Virus record (IMG/VR): IMGVR_UViG_3300028800_000077
DNA from: an uncultured virus (IMG/VR IMGVR_UViG_3300028800_000077)
Lineage: Duplodnaviria; Heunggongvirae; Uroviricota; Caudoviricetes
Direction: 5' to 3' (one strand)
DNA length: 20,000 bases
The notes beneath the pieces are model-generated. The model searched no databases and was not told the DNA's origin. It worked only from the letters and a program-made list of their open reading frames with translations. Each line of letters starts with the position of its first letter. The first letter of the stretch is position 1. A program made the position numbers and the translations under genes. Shown here piece after piece: positions 15,122 through 20,000 of the stretch.

Positions 15122-15323
15122 GGTTCTTCTCCTGATCAATGAGCTTGTCGATTGTCTCGATGGCGGCATCGAGCGCGAGGTTCTGATAGAGCGCGTCGCG
15201 CGCCTTCATCTTGCCGGTGGCGATAAGGTGCGGATACACGCGGTTGCGCATGCCGCGCTCCCGGCGAAGCTCATTAAGCTGCGCCGTGAGGCTGGGCTTG
15301 CCGAAGGTGGCGACGTCGGTCAT
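15111..15323 (-). CDS. Small phage protein
   Basis: QLNELRRERGMRNRVYP.LI..GKM motif, familiar from phage early regions. Confidence 0.75.
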   Translation of the reverse strand: MTDVATFGKPSLTAQLNELRRERGMRNRVYPHLIATGKMKARDALYQNLALDAAIETIDKLIDQEKNRET

Positions 15324-15324
15324 C

Positions 15325-16380
15325 TCAGTAGACGATCACGTCGTCGGGATCGCCGGCCTTGATCGTCTCCTCTACGGGCGCGTCCCGCTCGGCCTTTTCA
15401 AGCACGGCGAGGCGTTCTTCGACGATCTTTTTCGCCGCCAGCGCGTCGTTCTTGGACACGGCCCAGTAGGCGTTCAAGCTCGCGGTGTTGGTGGCCGTCC
15501 ACCATTTGAGTTCGGCGAGCATGTCGCTGTTGCGCACGTACTCGGCGATGCGGTCGAACAGCTTGCCGACCGGCACGGGCTCGATCACTTCGCCGACCTT
15601 CCAGATGATCGAGATGGCGTCTCGCGCCTTCACGCGGTCGAGGCGCTGGTTTTGATCGTGCAACTCCACGCTGGCCGATGGCGTGATGTCGCGCATGTTG
15701 TTGTCGGCCTGATCCATCTCCTCGGGCGAGTACAGGCCAGACAGGTTCTCGGGCCAGCCGCGACGGAGCGCCTGCGCCTCTGCGCACTTCGCCAGCAACA
15801 CATAAGGCATCGTGGCCCACATGCCTTCCGGCACGGGATCGGCGACGTCGGTGTCTTCGTCCGTCACCTTGCGGTAGACGGGCTTGCCGGCCTTCTCGTG
15901 ACCTGCCGGATAGAACTTGCCAGTCTTGATCCATTCGCTGCGCTTGATCTTGGCGAACTCGGACCAGTAGGCGGTCCCGGCGACAGGATACCATTGACCG
16001 TCCTGATCACGCTTGAAGCAGCGCACGGTCGCCTTGACGATGCCCAAGGGATTATCGGTGCGGCCCTTCAGGCTCTCGTCGTAAGTGAACTCAGGCTCGC
16101 GATCATCGGGGCGGTAGTCCTTGTTGCGCGCCGCGACCGCGCGGAAGCCGTCGATGCCCGTGACGAAAACACAGCGCCGCTTTTTGGTGTCGTCCTTGCT
16201 GTAGACGAGGCAGTAGATTTGCTTGCGGAACGGATCAAGCTGCACCGTCCGACAGACGTGAACGAACATATTGAACTCGTCTGGCGTGGTGTCCTTCGCA
16301 ACGGTGTTGCGGATCAAGGCCAACTGGCTGGGCGACCAATCGGGCAGCGTGGAACGCAGGACAGCGACGTTGTTGGCCAT
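15325..16380 (-). CDS. bet: Bet/RecT-family single-strand annealing protein
   Basis: QLALIRNTVAK.TT.DEF..F..VC....LDPFRKQIY, TGIDGFRAVAAR, W..MPY.LLAKCAEAQALRRGWP..LSGLY..EEMDQ. ATG 16380 after GGAGA. Confidence 0.92.
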   Translation of the reverse strand: MANNVAVLRSTLPDWSPSQLALIRNTVAKDTTPDEFNMFVHVCRTVQLDPFRKQIYCLVYSKDDTKKRRCVFVTGIDGFRAVAARNKDYRPDDREPEFTYDESLKGRTDNPLGIVKATVRCFKRDQDGQWYPVAGTAYWSEFAKIKRSEWIKTGKFYPAGHEKAGKPVYRKVTDEDTDVADPVPEGMWATMPYVLLAKCAEAQALRRGWPENLSGLYSPEEMDQADNNMRDITPSASVELHDQNQRLDRVKARDAISIIWKVGEVIEPVPVGKLFDRIAEYVRNSDMLAELKWWTATNTASLNAYWAVSKNDALAAKKIVEERLAVLEKAERDAPVEETIKAGDPDDVIVY

Positions 16381-16395
16381 GATCATTCTCCGGGG

Positions 16396-16650
16396 TTAGG
16401 CGTTCTTCTCAGGAGCGGGAGCAGTGATGCGCGCGATGGCGGCCTTGGCCACGTTGACAGCCAAGCCGACGACGTCGTCGCCGGTCGGCGCAGCGCCGTA
16501 GGCGAACGCGAGGCTGCGCAGGGCCTCGCACTTCTCCGGCGTGATCTCCAACTTGCCGAAGCGGTTCTTCGGCACGTCGAGAGCCGACGTGATGGCCTTA
16601 AGGACAGACACGACCGCGTCGCGCTGCTGGGTGACTTCGAGATTTGACAT
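16396..16650 (-). CDS. Hypothetical protein
   Basis: 84 aa ORF with GAAGGG RBS, between gp157 and bet. Confidence 0.65.
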   Translation of the reverse strand: MSNLEVTQQRDAVVSVLKAITSALDVPKNRFGKLEITPEKCEALRSLAFAYGAAPTGDDVVGLAVNVAKAAIARITAPAPEKNA

Positions 16651-16659
16651 TGGACCCTT

Positions 16660-17211
16660 CTACTTGACTCGCGGGGTCAGCTTGATCCCGCCGTTGCTGA
16701 GTGACGCACCATCGACCACGGTGCCGGCATCGAGATCGGCTTTCAAGGCCGCGCGATCCAGAACAGGATCAGGCACCTTGAAATAGTTCGAGGGGATTTT
16801 CGCCTCGTCCGTCACGATCAGTTTCGGAGCCGTGGTGCCTTTCGACAGCGTCACGAGCGCTCCCTTGATGGTATCGATCTCGGCCTTCTCCATGGCCTGC
16901 AGGATGATGTTCTTGCGCGTCTCGCACGTTCCCTCGATACGCTGGCGGCGCGCTTCGAGCTTGGCGATCACGGCCTTGATGCCTTCCACCATGATCTCGT
17001 CTTCGAGCACTTCGTCGTAGACGGCAAGGCAGGCTTCGCAGAGATCGGTTTCGCCTTCAATGGTGTCGATCAGCAGTTGCGGATCGCCTTCGAGTTCGCC
17101 GGCCAGCATCTTCCGAAGCTCGACGGCTTTGTAAAGCTCCTCGCCGATCTTGCGAACGGTGACGGTGTAGCGCTTGCGCTTGGGCGGCGCTGCAGTGGTG
17201 GTGTCGGTCAT
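16660..17211 (-). CDS. Siphovirus Gp157-family protein
   Basis: L.DTIEGE, a coiled coil, LIVTDEAKIPSNYFK.PDP.LDRAALKADL..G..VDGASL. ATG 17211 after GGGAG. Confidence 0.85.
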   Translation of the reverse strand: MTDTTTAAPPKRKRYTVTVRKIGEELYKAVELRKMLAGELEGDPQLLIDTIEGETDLCEACLAVYDEVLEDEIMVEGIKAVIAKLEARRQRIEGTCETRKNIILQAMEKAEIDTIKGALVTLSKGTTAPKLIVTDEAKIPSNYFKVPDPVLDRAALKADLDAGTVVDGASLSNGGIKLTPRVK

Positions 17212-17417
17212 TTTACAATCTCCCATCGCCGGTCGAGGATGCGTCCGCATTCCATCCAGTAGTGAACGAGGCCCTTGTCGGCCGCCTGCTTGGCGCGGAT
17301 GCGGACGTTCGCGGTATCGCGCGCCTCGACGCACGTCTCATAGGTCGGGAACGTCCTGTTCGTCACATCGCAATGGCCAGAAGGCCAGCAGGTGATCAGT
17401 GCGAAAATGTAAATCAT
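17208..17417 (-). CDS. Small Cys-containing hypothetical protein
   Basis: Hydrophobic N-terminus, four Cys, FPTYETC motif; GAGGG RBS; ATGA overlaps. Confidence 0.7.
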   Translation of the reverse strand: MIYIFALITCWPSGHCDVTNRTFPTYETCVEARDTANVRIRAKQAADKGLVHYWMECGRILDRRWEIVK

Positions 17418-17713
17418 TGCGCACCCTCAATGCCCAGCAGGGCGATCTCGCGGCGCAGGCCGTTCACTTCGTTCAGGACGTGCTGTTGCACGACACCAAA
17501 GCTCAAGGGAATGCTGATCTCTACGTCGCGATCATTGTAAGCGTGACGATTGCCGGCCTTGAGGATAACGCGCACGGGATAGGTCTTTCCGGCGTTCTCT
17601 CTGCCGGCAGCGTTGACGGAATGCAAACGATCCTCGGCCTCCTTGAGGCGCTGCTTGAGGTTTCTAAATTGCCCGAGCTTTTCGCTCGCGATCTTAGCGT
17701 CATTGATGTTCAT
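17414..17713 (-). CDS. Hypothetical protein, first gene of the leftward early operon
   Basis: 99 aa, ends EIALLGIE; no HTH recognisable. Confidence 0.75.
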   Translation of the reverse strand: MNINDAKIASEKLGQFRNLKQRLKEAEDRLHSVNAAGRENAGKTYPVRVILKAGNRHAYNDRDVEISIPLSFGVVQQHVLNEVNGLRREIALLGIEGAQ

Positions 17714-17794
17714 GGCGTCTCATATAGCGATAAACGGAACGTGTGTCATACACAAAATGGTTGCTGTTGAGAAAATAGTGGTTAGGATCGCGAA
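17714..17794. promoter_or_regulatory. Divergent promoter region with operator-like palindrome
   Basis: AT-rich 81-bp gap. Rightward TTGCTG-16-TAGGAT-6-ATG; leftward ATGACA-17-TATATG-7-ATG; TGTGT-CAT-ACACA palindrome at 17742-17754. Confidence 0.7.
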
Positions 17795-18013
17795 ATGACT
17801 GATCAGGAAGTGTTGGCCATGCTCGCCGAGAAGATGGAAGCCGAAGGCGGTTACGCAGCCGTGGCTCGCGCGCTCGATGTTCGCGCTCAGGAAGTTCATC
17901 ACTGGCGCAATCGCGGCATCTCGGCGAAGGATCGATATGCCGTGTGGGAGTTGGCGAACCAGCATGGCGCGAAGCTGCCGGTGTCGTGGCTCAACGCGAG
18001 GACGGCTGCGTGA
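17795..18013 (+). CDS. Cro-like helix-turn-helix protein
   Basis: 72 aa; GGYAAVARALDVRAQEVHHWRNRGI fits the Cro/YdaS-type HTH; first gene after the divergent promoter. Confidence 0.8.
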   Translation: MTDQEVLAMLAEKMEAEGGYAAVARALDVRAQEVHHWRNRGISAKDRYAVWELANQHGAKLPVSWLNARTAA

Positions 18014-18393
18014 GCCGCGCTATTCTCCTATCCCTTGCAGATCGATGTGAGAGGGAGGAAGCGACCCACGACCTAGACGTCGCAATAGCCGTCGCAGCAT
18101 ACGACCTTGAGGCGCGGCCCTACGCCACCGGGAAGCGGAAGCTCTGGTGGTACAAGCGCGGCACCGACGGCACGGCCATGTTCTATGGCGAAGAATACAT
18201 CCCCCGCTACACCACCAGCATCGACGCTGCCGTAACGCTGGTGCCGGAGGGGATGGCGTGGACTGCTGGATGCGAGCCCGACTTTACGCCGTTTGCGCGG
18301 CTCTGGGAGCATGACCTTGTGTGGGCGTCCACTCCAGCGCTCGCCCTCTGCGCCGCCGCCCTTCGTGCGCGGGCTGCGATGGTGAAGCCATGA
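18010..18393 (+). CDS. Phage ABA-sandwich-like domain protein
   Basis: LD.AIA, PRYTTSIDAAVTLVPEG, ASTPALALCAAALRA; GTG 18010 in GTGA overlap. Confidence 0.7.
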   Translation: MSRAILLSLADRCEREEATHDLDVAIAVAAYDLEARPYATGKRKLWWYKRGTDGTAMFYGEEYIPRYTTSIDAAVTLVPEGMAWTAGCEPDFTPFARLWEHDLVWASTPALALCAAALRARAAMVKP

Positions 18394-18521
18394 TCGAGGA
18401 TGGCCAGGCCATGGTCGCGGTGTTCTGCCTGTTCTGCCTGATCGGCCTGTTCGTCATCGGGCTGATGGTGCGGTGCGACCGGCTGGAAGAGCGGATCGCC
18501 GAACTGGAGAAGCGTAAATGA
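18390..18521 (+). CDS. Small single-TM protein (43 aa)
   Basis: MIEDGQAMVAVFCLFCLIGLFVIGLMVR plus a short coiled coil; ATGA overlaps. Confidence 0.65.
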   Translation: MIEDGQAMVAVFCLFCLIGLFVIGLMVRCDRLEERIAELEKRK

Positions 18522-18712
18522 CCAAGAAGGAAAATCCGAACGATCCGACGTTCGACGCATATCAGCGGCGGGCGCTTCGGTGGGCGCTTCGAGCCGACGC
18601 CGTGAAGCTGGCAATCGAATTTTCAGGCCGGTTGCCGGACAAGCAGCGCACGACAGATCGAGTGCTGCGCGACGCCAAGGCAATCGAGAAGTTCGTCAAG
18701 GAAGCCATATGA
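18518..18712 (+). CDS. Hypothetical protein
   Basis: GGAG RBS; coupled ORF; VL.DAK.IEKFV motif. Confidence 0.7.
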   Translation: MTKKENPNDPTFDAYQRRALRWALRADAVKLAIEFSGRLPDKQRTTDRVLRDAKAIEKFVKEAI

Positions 18713-18951
18713 CCGAGGACGAGATGCGCGAGCTTACCGAATTGGTCGGCAGGGCCATGCACCCCTATGCCATGGCCGGCAAGATTGCCGGGTTCCACAT
18801 GGTCGTCGCCATATTCGAGACCAGCGATACGATCGTGCCGCTCATCGTCGGCGCCGAAATCAGCCCGGAGGTTCGCAGCATCCTGCGCAACCCGGACTTT
18901 GCCGCGGCGGCCGAGGTCGAGGTCAAGGTTCCACTGGAGAAGCCAAACTGA
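18709..18951 (+). CDS. Hypothetical protein (80 aa)
   Basis: ATG 18709 in ATGA overlap; AAGGA RBS. Confidence 0.65.
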   Translation: MTEDEMRELTELVGRAMHPYAMAGKIAGFHMVVAIFETSDTIVPLIVGAEISPEVRSILRNPDFAAAAEVEVKVPLEKPN

Positions 18952-19253
18952 TGACCCTCGCCGAAGCCATGGCCGAAGTGGCCTACAACGCCTTCCCCAC
19001 GGTGCTGCGCACCCCGACCGGCATGAGCCATCTTTCATGGGCCGAAATGCCGGAATGGCAGAAACGCGAATTCATCGACGCCCAGAAGGCCGCGCTGGTC
19101 GCCCTGATGCTGTCGGGCCGCGCCATCGTGCCGTTCGAGCCCACCGGGGTGATGCAAGTGGCGGGATTTGAAACAATGGACGAGGACCCCGCGCCAGACA
19201 CCAAGGCCATCTATCAGGCCATGCTGATGGCCGCCCCGAAGGTAGTCGCATGA
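18951..19253 (+). CDS. Hypothetical phage protein
   Basis: TGATG coupling; C-terminal VPFEPTGVM..AG...IYQAML.AAP motif common in phage early proteins. Confidence 0.75.
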   Translation: MTLAEAMAEVAYNAFPTVLRTPTGMSHLSWAEMPEWQKREFIDAQKAALVALMLSGRAIVPFEPTGVMQVAGFETMDEDPAPDTKAIYQAMLMAAPKVVA

Positions 19254-19489
19254 CCGCGCTCGAGCGTCTGGCCCGTCGTATCTGCTGGCTCGAATTCGAG
19301 AAGCCCCTGCTGAACAACGAGGACCACATCTACTGGCGGGGATTGCCTCAAGAGACCAAGGACAGGTTCATCGAGGAAGCACGCCGCTTCCTGTGGACCG
19401 ACGGACGGCTTGCCGAAAACATCTCGTCCGTGACCATCGTCGACAAGGCCCGGCTCGAATACGCAATCGAACGACAGGAGAGAACATGA
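19250..19489 (+). CDS. Hypothetical protein
   Basis: Coupled ORF; ERLARRIC...W..LP.E.KDRFIEEAR. Confidence 0.7.
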   Translation: MTALERLARRICWLEFEKPLLNNEDHIYWRGLPQETKDRFIEEARRFLWTDGRLAENISSVTIVDKARLEYAIERQERT

Positions 19490-19647
19490 TGGACGTCGAG
19501 AAGATGAGACTGGTGATCAAGATGGGCGTCACCATGCGCGACAAGCAGAAGGCCTATTTCAAGACGCGCGACCGCGATGCCCTGGTGGCGTCGAAGGAAG
19601 CCGAGCGGCTGTTCGACATTGCAGCGGCAGAAGCCGTCAAGTCGTGA
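19486..19647 (+). CDS. Small phage protein (53 aa)
   Basis: AGGAG RBS; MRDKQKAYFKTR...AL..SKEAER.FD motif. Confidence 0.7.
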   Translation: MMDVEKMRLVIKMGVTMRDKQKAYFKTRDRDALVASKEAERLFDIAAAEAVKS

Positions 19648-19817
19648 CCGTCGCCGAACCACGATGGAAGTCCGCCGCCGAATTCGAGAAGTGGTGGCGC
19701 GAGAACGTGATCGAGTTCAACCGCCTGGCGGTGACCGACGTCGAGCGCTGGGAAGTCATCGCCGCGGCAGTCGAGAAGTTCCAGGCCAAGAGGTGGATCG
19801 ATGAGCACGCAAGCTGA
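19644..19817 (+). CDS. Small protein (57 aa), paralog of 10321-10482, not in ORF track
   Basis: Hand translation MTVAEPRWKSAAEFEKWWRENVIEFNRLAVTDVERWEVIAAAVEKFQAKRWIDEHAS; GTGA overlap. Confidence 0.8.
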   Translation: MTVAEPRWKSAAEFEKWWRENVIEFNRLAVTDVERWEVIAAAVEKFQAKRWIDEHAS

Positions 19818-19995
19818 ACTGATCGTGGCCGAGCGCGCGGCGTGGCGCAAATACCGGGAGTATTGCGCCGCCCGGTCCAAGAGCCGATCGGCCGGCATCA
19901 CGGTGGATTTCGAGGGCGACGAGACGTCCCGCGCCCTGTGGCTGAAGTGGAAGCCTCTCTACGAGGAAAAGGTGAGGGAACGGCCATGCCATTAG
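19801..19995 (+). CDS. Hypothetical protein
   Basis: GAGGTGG RBS; 64 aa, basic. Confidence 0.6.
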   Translation: MSTQAELIVAERAAWRKYREYCAARSKSRSAGITVDFEGDETSRALWLKWKPLYEEKVRERPCH

Positions 19996-20000
19996 AACCA

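Noticed and set aside
15211..16647. 478-aa + strand ORF and other long antisense ORFs (531-1583, 9568-10506, 10571-11467, 8328-9011)
   Set aside because: Shadow ORFs of high-GC genes on the opposite strand, with no motifs; the real genes form tightly coupled chains.
1..20000. Stop-codon reassignment, CRISPR array, integrase/att site
   Set aside because: TAG, TGA and TAA all end genes at sensible coupled junctions; no spaced direct repeats or recombinase gene seen.

Overview
GC-rich tailed-phage DNA, probably a contractile-tailed phage of the Bcep781/phiPLPE/AP22 baseplate type; an alphaproteobacterial host is an inference. The window has three transcription blocks. (1) 1-8331 (+), late genes: DUF2612-type baseplate end, two tail-fibre/adhesin genes and a small chaperone, a ~180-nt highly structured intergenic segment, then an unusually long lysis region (membrane proteins, GH73 endolysin, holin-like protein, papain-like C1 peptidase, putative DUF6527 protein, two lipoproteins, spanin-like pair) ending at a hairpin cluster. 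(2) 8433-17713 (-), early genes: Gp157, Bet/RecT, NinB and Ref/DUF968-like HNH, then behind an internal promoter a NADAR, a PseT-like HAD phosphatase, small membrane proteins and an anchor-less beta-helix protein. (3) 17795-20000 (+): a Cro-like HTH gene and many small ORFs. No cI or integrase is visible. Main observations: early membrane-targeted proteins carrying short motifs that resemble virion proteins (possible decoys), a paralogous pair of small genes absent from the ORF track with one copy in each early arm, a candidate structured RNA in front of the lysis genes, a cysteine peptidase inside the lysis cassette, and back-to-back apparently leaderless promoters. All family names come from motif recognition by eye, not database searches.
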